In this document: positions 12,977 through 24,158 of the stretch, one piece after another
Layout of the letters: every line of letters begins with the position of its first letter
Numbering within the stretch: the stretch's first letter is position 1
Assembly: GCF_018350175.1 (NCBI RefSeq)
Contig: NC_058368.1
Span: 76,696,001 to 76,760,000 of the forward strand
DNA from: Felis catus
Taxonomy: Eukaryota
Reading direction: 5' to 3'
Length of the DNA: 64,000 nucleotides
Program-made: the position numbers and the translations under genes
Notes under the pieces: generated by a model
Database searches by the model: none
Seen by the model: the letters and a program-made list of their open reading frames with translations, nothing else
What the model was told of the DNA's origin: nothing

Positions 12977-13104
12977 CTGTAACTGACCATGGTCCCCATG
13001 CACACATTCAAGGTTTTGAGCGCTGAAACTGATGTAGGTTTGAAGACCATTTGCTTCATCCAGGTCGACACCATCACTCTTCGCGCTTTGAAAATTCGAA
13101 ACCC
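12977..13104 (-). other. Candidate internal exon (128 nt), unknown transcript
   Basis: cctctcctctttag| acceptor; CAG|gtgtgt donor; unique sequence with two open frames. Confidence 0.25.
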
Positions 13105-13412
13105 CTAAAGAGGAGAGGCTTCGCTTAATGTTTACGCCAGCCACAAATCCTACCTGTAAGTGCAGCGCAATCCTCTATCAATTCCTTCCAGCCCCTGCCT
13201 TGTGATTATATACACTCTAGCTTCCGCATTTATTAAAGATGAGAACACCAAATGGGAAACAAAAAGCCCCAGAGGTGACAAAGGAATCTGATACAATGGA
13301 ATGTTCTGGAATAAGGAGACTGAGTGATGAACACATGTGGAAAGGTGGCTTTTCACCCCATTCCTTTTGCATCTTTTGGACCATGTGAACGTGTTGCCTG
13401 CTCAAAAAGTAT

Positions 13413-13636
13413 GGGGCGCCTGGGTGGCACAGTCGGTTAAGCGTCCGACTTCAGCCAGGTCACGATCTCGCGGTCCGTGAGTTCGAGCCCCGCATCGGGC
13501 TCTGGGCTGATGGCTCGGAGCCTGGAGCCTGTTTCCGATTCTGTGACTCCCTCTCTCTCTGCCCCTCCCCCGTTCATGCTCTGTCTCTCTCTGTCCCAAA
13601 AATAAATAAACGTTGAAAAAAATTTAAAAAAAAAAA
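13413..13636 (+). mobile_element. Young felid SINEC_Fc-type SINE
   Basis: Same internal diagnostic motifs; short TSD AAAAAGTA. Confidence 0.96.
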
Positions 13637-13654
13637 GTAAATAAATATTTTTGT

Positions 13655-13770
13655 GTGCGGGGAGATTCCGGGGCCCCACCCTAGACCTACTGAAACAGAA
13701 TCTGTAAAGCGGGGCCCCGGAATCTTCATGGGAACGAGCTCACCAGGTAGGCCTGGCGTATAAGGAGGTA
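13655..13770. mobile_element. MER5-like hAT-Charlie MITE remnant
   Basis: GATTCC.GGGCCCCACCCTAGACCTACTGAA.CAGAATCT..GGGGCCC.GGAATCT core. Confidence 0.75.
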
Positions 13771-13795
13771 AGCCACAAAGGATGGAGAATATACA

Positions 13796-14006
13796 TTTTT
13801 TATTTTAATGTTTATTTTTGACAGAGAGAGAGAGACAGAGCATGAGCAGGGGAGGGGCAGAAAGAGAGGGAGACACAGAATCGGAAGGAGGCTCCAGGCT
13901 CTGAGCTGTCAGCACAGAGCCCGACGCAGGGCTCGAACTCACGGACTGTGAGATCATGATCTGAGCCGAAGTCGGACGCTCAACCGCCTGGGCCACCCAG
14001 TTGCCC
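13796..14006 (-). mobile_element. Can-SINE
   Basis: Full length; TSD GGATGGAGAATATACA. Confidence 0.96.
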
Positions 14007-14459
14007 GGAGGATGGAGAATATACACACAGAGACGCCCTACGAGTCCGGTAACACAAAGAACACTGAAAACCCACCACCGCCAGAAGGACCCTCCCGCGC
14101 CAGCCTGCTCTGATGTCTGACTCCATCTCCAATGTGTCCTTGTAAAATTGTATGCCGCGTGGCGTGCAGAGGGAATTCTTGCCCTCACCAGGTTCACCCC
14201 TCAGTCTACTCACCCGCTGATCCCTGATCAGCACGAACTCTTCCCTGAAGAGACAGGTTCCTCATATGCTCCTCCTTCATCACCCTCTTGGGCCCATCGC
14301 GATCCCCTTCGACACTTGTCAGTTACTGAAATGATCTGAAGGCCACCCACCAATGACTGTCCAGCAGACGCGTGCACCTGTTTTTCACCCTCCATCCTTC
14401 CTGAAACTCTCTCTTCCCAGGAACTGTGTGATATTACGCTGTCCTGATTCTCCCCTCTC

Positions 14460-14577
14460 TCTGTCGTGCTGTCAGCGCAGAGCCCAGTTTGGATCCTCTG
14501 TGCTTCTCTCTCTGTCCCTCCCCCACTGACTCCCCCCACCTCTCAAAAATAAATAAATAAACTTTCTTGTAAAAAAG
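14460..14577 (+). mobile_element. Can-SINE 3' half only
   Basis: GTGCTGTCAGCGCAGAGCC...CTCTCAAAAATAAATAAA with no tRNA-like head. Confidence 0.75.
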
Positions 14578-14694
14578 GCATCATTGGGAACTTAAGACTA
14601 CAATTTTAGCTTCTCTCTACTTAATTTTACAGCCACGCCTCTGGTTATTCTCTTCCACGCGTAGTAAATGTTCCAAACAGAAAACAATATAAAG

Positions 14695-14813
14695 GGGGCA
14701 CCTGGGAGGCTCAGTCAGTTAAGCATCTGACTTCAGCTCAAGTCATGATCTCACAGTTCGTGAGTTCGAGCCCCGCATCAGGTGAGCATGAGCCCCACTT
14801 CGGGTGATCCCTG

Positions 14814-14849
<36 letters not shown>

Positions 14850-14905
14850 CCTCTCTCACTTGTGTCCTCTCGCTCAAAAAGACAGGAAGAAAGAAAGAAG
14901 GAAAA
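14695..14905 (+). mobile_element. Can-SINE variant with internal GAGCCCC duplication
   Basis: Head plus GAGCCCCGCATCAGGTGAGCATGAGCCCCACTTCGGGTGA; TSD-like AAAA(C/G)AATATAAA. Confidence 0.9.
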
Positions 14906-15810
14906 GAAAAGAATATAAATTATTTCTCATTTCAAGGTTATAATTTAAACTTTTTTCCTCCAGTCTGAACTTTTCTCTATACATATCAAAATTTTACCAG
15001 AAGTCTGTCTAGAATCTAAAACTTTGATACGTGTAGGAAACATACAAATTCAAGCCAGAAGTATCAGAGGTTGCGTTTAGCCTCTTACCTGTGCAACCAG
15101 TAAACCAGAAATCTATGTATGAAATAACAATTTCAAGGCACTGGATATTTAACAACAAAGACAGTGATGCCAGAGGACATGAACAGGGTGAGTCCTATCA
15201 TCGCCCCAGCTCACTTCCTGCAGAAAGTTTCCAAGCTGAGCCACCAGAAGCGAAAATCCAGGCTGACTCTGGCAGTTGAGGAGACCGAGCTGGGAAAGGT
15301 CTGGAGGAGCGAAGGGTGCCGTAGTTTGCAGGGTAGAGTATCCCTGAGCTATGGGACAGGTTCAAGAGGCCTAAGAGAGGGGTCATTGGAGTCCCCATAA
15401 GGAGAGAAGGAGGAGACTGAGGAAATAATCGAGGATTTAAAAGCCAAAAACTTTTCAAAAGTTGGTGAGATCTCTGTGCCCACACATCCAAGAAACTCAA
15501 CACGCTCCAAGAAAAAGAAACACAAAGAAAACTACACAAAGACATGTCGAAATCAAATCGCCCAAGACCAGGGAAGAGACACAAAATGGATCCAAAATAA
15601 GACAGGAAATGAAGAAAAGAAAATCAAAGAGCCGATGAGGCAAGGAGAAAACAGAAGCAACCTGGCAGATCCGGGCCCAGCTGCAACAATTATGTTAACT
15701 ATAATGGTGGAAACACACCAAGTAAATGCGGTCGTTGTCAAATTAGATAAAAAAGCAAGATCCAACTATCTGCTGCCTTCAACAAGCCCACTTTAAATAT
15801 TGAACACAAA

Positions 15811-15982
15811 GGGGCACCTGGGTGGCTCAGTCGGATGAGCATCTGACTTCGGCTCAGGTCATGATCTCCCGGTTCATGGGTTCGAGCCCCGAGTCAGGCT
15901 CTGTGCTGACAGCTAACTTGGAGCCTGGAGCCGATCTTTGGATTCTGTGGCTCCCTCTGTGTCTGTCCCTCCCCTGCTCGTG

Positions 15983-16023
<41 letters not shown>

Positions 16024-16050
16024 CAAAATAAATAAAACGTAAAAAAAAAA
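15811..16050 (+). mobile_element. Can-SINE
   Basis: Full length; TSD AATATTGAACACA. Confidence 0.95.
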
Positions 16051-16092
16051 TTTGAATATTGAACACATGTAGGTTAAAAGTAAGTGAGTGGT

Positions 16093-16319
16093 GGGGCGCC
16101 TGGGTGGCGCAGTCGGTTAAGCGTCCGACTTCAGCCAGGTCACGATCTCGCGGTCCGTGAGTTCGAGCCCCGCGTCAGGCTCTGGGCTGATGGCTCGGAG
16201 CCTGGAGCCTGTTTCCGATTCTGTGTCTCCCTCTCTCTCTGCCCCTCCCCCGTTCATGCTCTGTCTCTCTCTGTCCCAAAAATAAATAAAAAACGTTGAA
16301 AAAAAATTAAAAAAAAAAA
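16093..16319 (+). mobile_element. Young felid SINEC_Fc-type SINE
   Basis: Diagnostic motifs; perfect TSD AAAAGTAAGTGAGTGGT. Confidence 0.97.
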
Positions 16320-16616
16320 AAAAGTAAGTGAGTGGTAAAAGATATACTGTGCTGACACTATCAGAAGAAAGCAGGAATGGCTATGTTGACATCAGACAAA
16401 GCAAAGACAATTATTAGAGATTTTTTAAAGTCATTTCATATTTGATGAAAACCAAAGACTCACACATCCAAGAAGTTCCACAAACCCCATACAAAAGAAA
16501 GATGAAGAAAATTACGCAAAGGTACATCAAAATCCAAGTGCCCAGAACCAGTGATAAAGATCGAGTCTTCATTCCATATCAAAATCAGAAGATATACTCA
16601 TCATCTGAAAACACGA

Positions 16617-16800
16617 TTTTTTAATGTTTATTTTTGAGAGAGAGAGACAGAGTGTGAACGGGGGAGGGGCAGAGAGCGAGGAAGACACAGAATCTGAAGC
16701 AGGCTCCAGGCTCTGAGCTGTCAGCACGGAGCCCGACACGGGGCTCGAACCCACGAACCCCAAGTAGGACGCTCAACCCACTGAGCCTCCCAAGCGCCCC
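16617..16800 (-). mobile_element. Can-SINE with internal deletion
   Basis: Lacks the GAGATCATGACCTGAG segment; TSD-like TGA.AACAC.ATTTT. Confidence 0.92.
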
Positions 16801-16944
16801 TGAGAACACAATTTTAAGCAGGAATGATACGAGAGTCCAGAAGCTTCCATAAGGCACAAGGGGCTGATCGGTGCTGCATCCAATGGCAGCAAAAAGCCCG
16901 AGACAGGCGAGGGAGCCACGTGCTGTGAATCAGAGTCACACATT

Positions 16945-17375
16945 TCCTTCTTAGTTTTTATTTCAAACACCCGGTGCCCATCGTGACAAGGGCACTCCTT
17001 AATCTGCATCCCTTATTTACCCCATCCCCCCACCCCCTTTCCTCCGGTTACCGTCAGTGCGTTCAGAGTCTCGGTTTGTCTTGGTTCGTCTGTCTTTTTT
17101 TTCCCTTTGTTCATCTGTTCTCTTAAATTCCACATAAGGGTGACTGGTTATTTGTCTTTCTCTGACTGGCTTATTTCACTTAGCATTATCTCTCTAGCTG
17201 CATCCGCGTTGCTGCGATTGGCCAGATTTCATTCTTTTTTATGACTGAGTAATATTTCTTCTTTAGCCACTCATCAATCGATGGACATTTGGGCAGTTGC
17301 CATAATTTGGCTATTTGTTCATAAGGATGCTATAGACACCGGGGTGCATGTATGCCTTTGAGTTAGCCACAGTTT
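16945..17375 (-). mobile_element. Carnivore L1 3' end
   Basis: ACACCCGGTGCCCATC..ACAAG.GCACTCCTTAAT...TTAAATTCCACATA...GACTGGCTTATTTCACTTAGCAT...GATGGACATTTGGGC. Confidence 0.85.
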
Positions 17376-18489
17376 TTCTCCCGGATCCCGTGAGGAGCTA
17401 TTGAAGGAATCTGTTCTAGGCAGTGGAATGAACAAATGTGAGAGGGGACAAAGCACCTTTCTGGCAGCAAGTTCAGATTTGTGGGGCCAAGAGGGGAGGC
17501 ACAGAACAGGTGGGAGGAAGCAGCAGCTGGGGGTGGGGAAGAAGGGCTAGGGGTAGACAGGCATGTGACTGTAGAAAAATCAGGGAAAACACTGTTATCA
17601 TAATCCAAAACCGGTGAGCCTTCTAACTACAATTATTGTCTACCTTCCAAAAAAGCCCTGTAGGCTTCCAGGAGGCACCAAATGGCTTTTTGTCTTTCTC
17701 TCTCCAGCACGGGGCGCAAAGTTGGCCATAAATATTTTTAGAGCAAATGAATGAATGGATCTGATCGAGACTTCTCTTTTTATTTGCTTTTTAAAGCCAG
17801 AGACACTGGTGCTTGTAATTCGAGAAATTTCTCATATGTAAAGTTCTGAGGGAAAAAAAAAATGTCCTCAAGCAAACGTTAGTCGCGGCCTTTCTTCCAC
17901 ACTGTTCAAATTGCGTATTATCGTCCTAGATACATCGCATGTATAATTACAAGAAAATCATAAATTACATTAGGTATGATTCAAAAGTAAAACGATTGGG
18001 TTTGGTTGCTGTCTTTTGGGATCACTGCCCTAATGGTATTGTTTCTTTGGGAGACAGTCACATCCCCAAGTACACGGGAAAACACACGCACTTCACTTTG
18101 AGCACAGGGGGTGGGGGAGGAGACCAAGAAAGAAGGCTTTTTTTTAGTCATTCTAATTTCAGACTAAAAATGTACCACTGGCAACATTCCCATTTTTTCA
18201 CTGAGTTTCCTTTCATCTCTATTAACATTGAATATCACTTTCGAAAACAAAACCCCAACAGAAATTAGAACGCGCTCACTCAGATTTGAAGGTGCTCATG
18301 TGGTACTACACTTTTGCGTTTTGAATCGCTTCCCGATATAAAAATTGTCCCCTTTTTAATCTCAAGTTTTTAAATCGTTTCGCTACTTTTCTCTCCCAAT
18401 CGTCTACGTGCTCAGAATTACACTTTTAGGCAGAGATAAATACATCCTTATGCATCGTGAAGGAGGTTTGCCCGCAGTCAGAGATTTGC

Positions 18490-18620
18490 GGCAGAACGGA
18501 AAAAGCCAGGCTTCGGAGTCACAAAGGTGACTGTGAGTGATTAGCAAGGTGGCCTTGGTTACTCTCTTGGAGACACTCGGTTTCCGTATCCATAAAATGG
18601 GGATATATTAGATGCTTGTG
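18490..18620 (+). mobile_element. MIR remnant
   Basis: GGAGTCACA...GGCCTTGG...CTCGGTTTCCGTATCCATAAAATGGGGATA core. Confidence 0.65.
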
Positions 18621-19074
18621 CAGGACTCTGCCCGGCTTCTTCCTTCAGCCACCGCTGGAAAGATCGGCTGCACCTAAGTCCCACCAGCTTTGAGAAGGTC
18701 AAGGGGGAGAGCAGCTCATTTGAGGCTGCCCTGGGATGTCTTTTAACACCCCTGCGGGTGGTACCCGTGGAACACGCCCCAGCAGGCACAAACGGGGCGG
18801 TTAGCAGCTACTCATCGGCCTTGACTGTTGGGACAATGGAAGCCGAGGGATAAACATTCTCCCTTCCGCCCACCAGGTAGACACTTCTGGGATGCATTTC
18901 TCAAGCCTTTCCAAGGGGCCCCGTGGAATCGTGTCCAGCCCACTGGGGGGACAACTTCAAAGGACATGCTTGCATTGGCTTTCCCTCTGCCCCTGGTTCC
19001 CTCCCCAGTCTTTTACTCCAGCTCTCTGGAGTTATTTACTGGGCACAGGCTTCGCTTTCAGAGGAACCAGGGCT

Positions 19075-19306
19075 GGGGCGCCTGGGTGGCTCCAATTTCG
19101 GCTCAGGTCATGATCTCGCGGTTCGTGGGATCGAGGCCCGCATCGGGCTCTGTGCTGACAGCTCGGAGCCTGGAACCTGCTTCAGATTCTGTCTCTCTGT
19201 CTCTCTCTGTCTCTCTCTCTCTGCCCCTCCCCTGTTCATGCTCGCTCTCTGTCTCTCTGTCTCTCTCTCTTTCAAAAAATAAATGAACATTAAAAAAAAA
19301 AAAAAA
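19075..19306 (+). mobile_element. Can-SINE with short head deletion
   Basis: TSD AGGAACCAGGGCT. Confidence 0.94.
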
Positions 19307-21382
19307 TCAAAGGAACCAGGGCTAAGGCAGAACATAAGAAAGAATGCTTCTCACCTCCCAGGGCAGGGGAGGGATGTAAATGAGGTACCTCCACAGGTCC
19401 GTATATTAACACGTAAACCTCCCAACGACCCAGCACTATCGTTATCTCCCCTTGATAAAGAACGGCAGAGAAGTTAGGAATTTTATCCGGGGCCACGCAG
19501 CTGTTACGTGGCTCCAGAGACCACGATGCATCCCGGACTCTGAGCCACAGAAGCACAGAGTAGGTGCCAGAGAAGAGGTGGCTTCACGTTGGTAGGGTGC
19601 TATTTCAGACCGAACACGCGCTTTGAAGGTTGGAAAATTGGGAGGGACACGAAGGAATTCAGAGCAGCGGGGGTGACAAATCTGCCCCCATAAGAAGTTG
19701 GTATTCGAGTCGGCTTTGATCTCTGAGATGAGACGCACAGACGGGCTCTGTTCTGTACACGCAGGGAGGCCACCGCTCGCCAGCCCTACGGGCACATAAA
19801 AATAGTGGTGGGACTAAATTGATTTAGAAGCCCGGTTTCCTGCTTAAATTCCACTTATCCTATTGACTTGAAACCCAGGCTTTGGCTTGCAGTGTAGATT
19901 CCCCCCATTATCTAGTCCCCCAAGGTAACTCCCGCTAACAGATGTCTATCTAGCCCTGACGTAGTAAAGCTTGACGTCCAAAATCCCCTTATCAAAGGAG
20001 ATTGCAGCCTGTTTTCCCAATTTAAAGGCCACCGATATCTAGGTACAAGGAATAAAGATAGGCCTGGCAAGTAAAACCCAGGGCCCCCAGATCCCGGCTG
20101 TGTGAGCCAGATACTGCTGTCCTGACAGGACAGGAAGATAAGAAAAGCTTTTGAGGTAGCAGCAGTCTGGCATCACTCTGCTGCCCGAAGAGCCCCCTGC
20201 CCCCCAGTCCCCAGGTATCTACAAATTGGCTGTTACAAACTCAGGAAGTGGGGAAGAGGCGCCATCCCCAAGTCAGCTGTAGAGCTGGGCACCCTTTCCA
20301 TCTCAAAACCAAACTATCAGACCGCCATTTTAGCAGGTACGGGCCCCCGTAGGCCTGAGCCCAGGGATTTTCCTAATCCGAGGGCCCACTCAGCTCCAGC
20401 CAGGGATGCGAGCCCCCTCTCGCTGCCCTCACTTTTTTCCTTTCTGTTATTTTTTCACTCACATTAAAAAGGAAACATGCTGCATTTCTCTCCAGAGAAG
20501 CAAATCAGAAAGACAACAATTCGACTTCATGGCAGGCCTTTAAAGTTCTCACCCAGGCCCCTGAAGATTGAACACCGGGTAAAGAACACAGAGACTCAGA
20601 GGATAGGCTGGATGTCTCGAGTGAAAATGCTGCTTATGATTTGTCAACAGAGAAGTCCTATAAAATATTTGGCATTCGGAGACAAGGAAATTGCAAGAGG
20701 TTCCCTAACAATAAATAAGGCTTCTTTTCTTGTGCAAAAGGCTAGATGCTGTAATATATCCTGGGGCTTTGACAGACCTCGCTGGCCCTGCCCGGCTGTC
20801 ACCCCAGCCCTGGATTCAGGAGATGGGACACAAAGACACCGGGGAGGTTTCTGAGAAACGTCTGGGCCCCCGCCCAAAATGAAACTGCTGTGTCTTCCAG
20901 GCTGCATTTGGTTTCTTTAAAAACCGTGCCTATTTTATTAAGGAGGGGAAAAAATTCACCTAAAGATTACACAGGAAGAGGTGAGGGAGCCGAGTAAACC
21001 CCAGTCAGGAACTACTGCCCTACGAGCAGGGAAAGCAATTCTCCAAACGCAGCCCAGTGAATCTGGTCATGACCTCAACGTTGCTTTCAAGTTCATTTTC
21101 GTAGAAAGGTGATCAAAATTTCAACCTGAATGTTTTTTGCAGCTGCGTTTGCTTGCTGCTTCCTGAAATCTGGAATTCTACTTTTTGGGAAAAGATCATT
21201 TCTGAAGGATCTTTCTTCAAAGGTTTGTAGTATATTCCCCTTGGAAATTACTTTTTTTGAGCCTATAAAGTATCACCGGCTCAGTCAGAAGTGACCCTAT
21301 TGGGTGTATACTTGTCCCTGAAAGAGACACATACAATTACAATTCAAAAATAAAGGATATCAAACGTTGAAAATAAATCTCC

Positions 21383-21645
21383 TAACTTAACAGAAGACCA
21401 TGGGGGAGGGGAAGGAAAAAAAAAGAGGTTAGAGAGGGAGGGAGCCAAAACATAAGAGACTCTTAAAAAACTGAGAACTGAGGGTTGATGGGGGGTGGGA
21501 AGGAAGGAAGGGTGAGTGATGGGTATTGAGGAGGGAACCTGTTGGGATGAGCACTGGGTGTTGTATGGAAACCAATGTGACAATAAACTTCATATTAAAA
21601 AAAATAAAAATAACAAAAAAATTAAAAAATTAAAAAATTAAAAAA
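21383..21645 (+). mobile_element. Young 5'-truncated felid/carnivore L1 3' UTR
   Basis: AAACATAAGAGACTCTTAAAA...TGTTGGGATGAGCACTGGGTGTTGTATGGAAACCAAT.TGACAATAAA plus A tail; TSD-like AAATCTCCT. Confidence 0.9.
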
Positions 21646-21807
21646 TCTCCTTGTGAACACCTCTCAGTTTACCCTGATTGAGAAACACGTGTGGAGTCTA
21701 CGTTTGCAGCAGATATGTTCCCCTCTCCCACAGCAGCCACCAAAAATCAGGGAAAACCTTTGCTATTATACGTACAAACTGCATTTTTGTCAAAAATGAA
21801 ATAAATA

Positions 21808-22030
21808 GGGGCGCCTGGGTGGCACAGTCGGTTTAGCGTCCGACTTCAGCCAGGTCACGATCTCGCGGTCCGTGAGTTCGAGCCCCGCGTCAGGCTCTGG
21901 GCTGATGGCTCAGAGCCTGGAGCCTGTTTCCGATTCTGTGTCTCCCTCTCTCTCTGCCCCTCCCCCGTTCATGCTCTGTCTCTCTCTGTCCCAAAAATAA
22001 ATAAACGTTGAAAAAAAAAAATTAAAAAAA
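21808..22030 (+). mobile_element. Young felid SINEC_Fc-type SINE
   Basis: Diagnostic motifs; perfect TSD AAAAATGAAATAAATA. Confidence 0.97.
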
Positions 22031-22417
22031 AAAAATGAAATAAATAAGCCAGGCCGAACAAAAATTTCTGCACGGCTTACCGAAGACTTTACTGACAGCT
22101 AAAAGAAGAACGCATTTTAAACAAAACACTCTGAGTGAACCAACCTAAAACTTTTCACCGCATCGTTGCTATTTTAATTTAATTCACGGGGAAAATCAAC
22201 TCAAAGTGTGAAAAGGTTAGTCACTCAGGAGGCCTGAACTGTTCCAACATCATTAACATGTCATTACTGTCAGGTAAAACAATTACTTTGAACTCACTCC
22301 AAACCCTATGTACACTCGATGAAGGCAACAGAATTCGCCTTCTGCTGACTTTCGGGCATTGCCACGAACAGGTACAATGCACTATAACGTGGTGCTTTAT
22401 TGTGTAGAACAGCCCTC

Positions 22418-22561
22418 ATTATTTTTTTAAATTGTTTTCAATGTTTATTTTTGAAGGAGAGAAAGACAGAGCAGGAGCAGGTAAAGGGGCAGAGAGAGAG
22501 GGAGACACAGACTCCGAAGCAGGCTCCAGGCTCTGAGCTGTCAGCACAGAGCCCGACATGG

Positions 22562-22609
<48 letters not shown>

Positions 22610-22671
22610 CGAACTCACCAACCGTGAGATGACAACCTGAGTTGAAGTTGGACTGAGCCACCCAGCGCCCC
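22418..22671 (-). mobile_element. Can-SINE containing a G45 run
   Basis: SINE body with 45 consecutive G at 22563-22607. Confidence 0.93.
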
Positions 22672-23956
22672 TCAAATAGCCTTAACTGATAACCAGAGAG
22701 AGACTTTGTCCTAGCCCCAGTTTAAGAAGTTACTTTGTAAAATTAGTAAATATACAAGGAATGTACTTGAAAACAATGAATTACATTTTACACCAAATAT
22801 AATATTTGAGAGCATAATACATTCAAGAGCCCCATTACCTTTGTCAAGAAAAACAGGTAATTATGAGCATTCTATAGAAATATGCATGCTGTCTGCTCCA
22901 CTCAAAGTCACTTAAGACCAGGCAAGCTTTGCTGTCCCATACACCAGCCGACTTGGTGCTGTCGACCAGGAATGCGTCTGCTGACCAGAAGCAGGCCAGC
23001 ACAAATATTACGTTGTCTGGGAATCCCAATTCCTAGTTCTTTAGAAAAGTCTTGAATTGGATTAAAAAGATTACTGAAAGAATGCAAACATCCTATTTCT
23101 CTGTTTTACCTAACCTCTAGCTTCAAGGGATAATAAAAATAAGGGTAATTAAAAAACACTAGCATAAAAAAAAAAGTTCAAATCCAAATTCTGCATTCAT
23201 TTGAAAGCATCATCTCATTGGCTGAGGAAAAGTTCAGGCCTAGGTTTCAGAAGCTCGTGTTCAGTCCCTTTTGTCGAAAGGCAATAAAACCTCACATATA
23301 CAATTCAAGTTCACATACCTCCTCTGCCTCATAAAAGGAAATGATGCTGAAGCCATCAACGTTTGGCTTTGTTTTATCAAATGGCATACCCTCCACGGCA
23401 CCTCTTCACGTAGACTTCATCGGTGTCTTATGTATTTATCAGGTGCATCAGTATTAATGCTTGTAATGGCCATCCTAATGAGGAGCTACACTTAATTAAA
23501 CAGTGGGTGTTAAAGTTACTTTGTTAACATGCATGCTGTGTGTTATTTTTCACTTTATATATTCACTTATATAATATTATCACTTTATTATTCACTTAGA
23601 TAATATTATCTGCGTGCCATCACCATACGCTTACTCTGTAGACTTGCAGGACACATGATGTTAAAAGAATGAAATGAAGGGAATTTTGTATCTTTGTGTA
23701 AATGCAACTTTTGGTCCAGACTGCAGAAACAGTCAAGAGGCGAGCTGCGGAGGTATCAAAGCTGCAGAACAAAATAATGTGGAGTTTAATAACAATGATA
23801 CATCGGGTCAGTTTCATTGAAACAATAGTAATGGTAGCATTTAACGCAAATTGGATCTAATGCAGATCCTTTTAACTCACGTATATATTTAAATTTTATC
23901 ATCAGCTTAGCAACTCGGACATCAAATATCTTTCAATGAAGAGCAACGATATCAAA

Positions 23957-24158
23957 TTTTTTTTTTTACATTTATTTATTTTTGAGAGACAGAGCACAAG
24001 TTGGGGAGGGGCTGAGAGAGGAGACACAGAATCCGAAGCAGGCTCCAGGCTCCGAGCCATCAGCACACAGCCCGACGCGGGGCTCGAACCCACAAACCAC
24101 GAGCTCATGACCTGAGCCGAAGTCAGATGCTCAACCCAGGGAGCCACCCAGGCGCCCC
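23957..24158 (-). mobile_element. Can-SINE
   Basis: Full length; TSD-like AAG.GCAA.GATAT.AAA. Confidence 0.94.

Larger units (their letters stand above)
15030..16615 (+). mobile_element. Old L1M ORF1/ORF2-start fragments interrupted by two SINEs
   Basis: ATTGGAGTCCCC..AGGAGA, CCACACATCCAAGAAACTCAA, AGATCCAACTATCTGCTGCC..CAA, AGAAAGCAGGAATGGCTAT..ATCAGACAAAG. Confidence 0.7.

Noticed and set aside
15476..15796. K/R-rich 106-aa ORF
   Set aside because: Decayed L1 ORF1/ORF2-junction remnant.
22839..23032. Minus-strand exon-like segment with AAG|gtaatg donor
   Set aside because: No convincing polypyrimidine acceptor and no recognisable reading frame.
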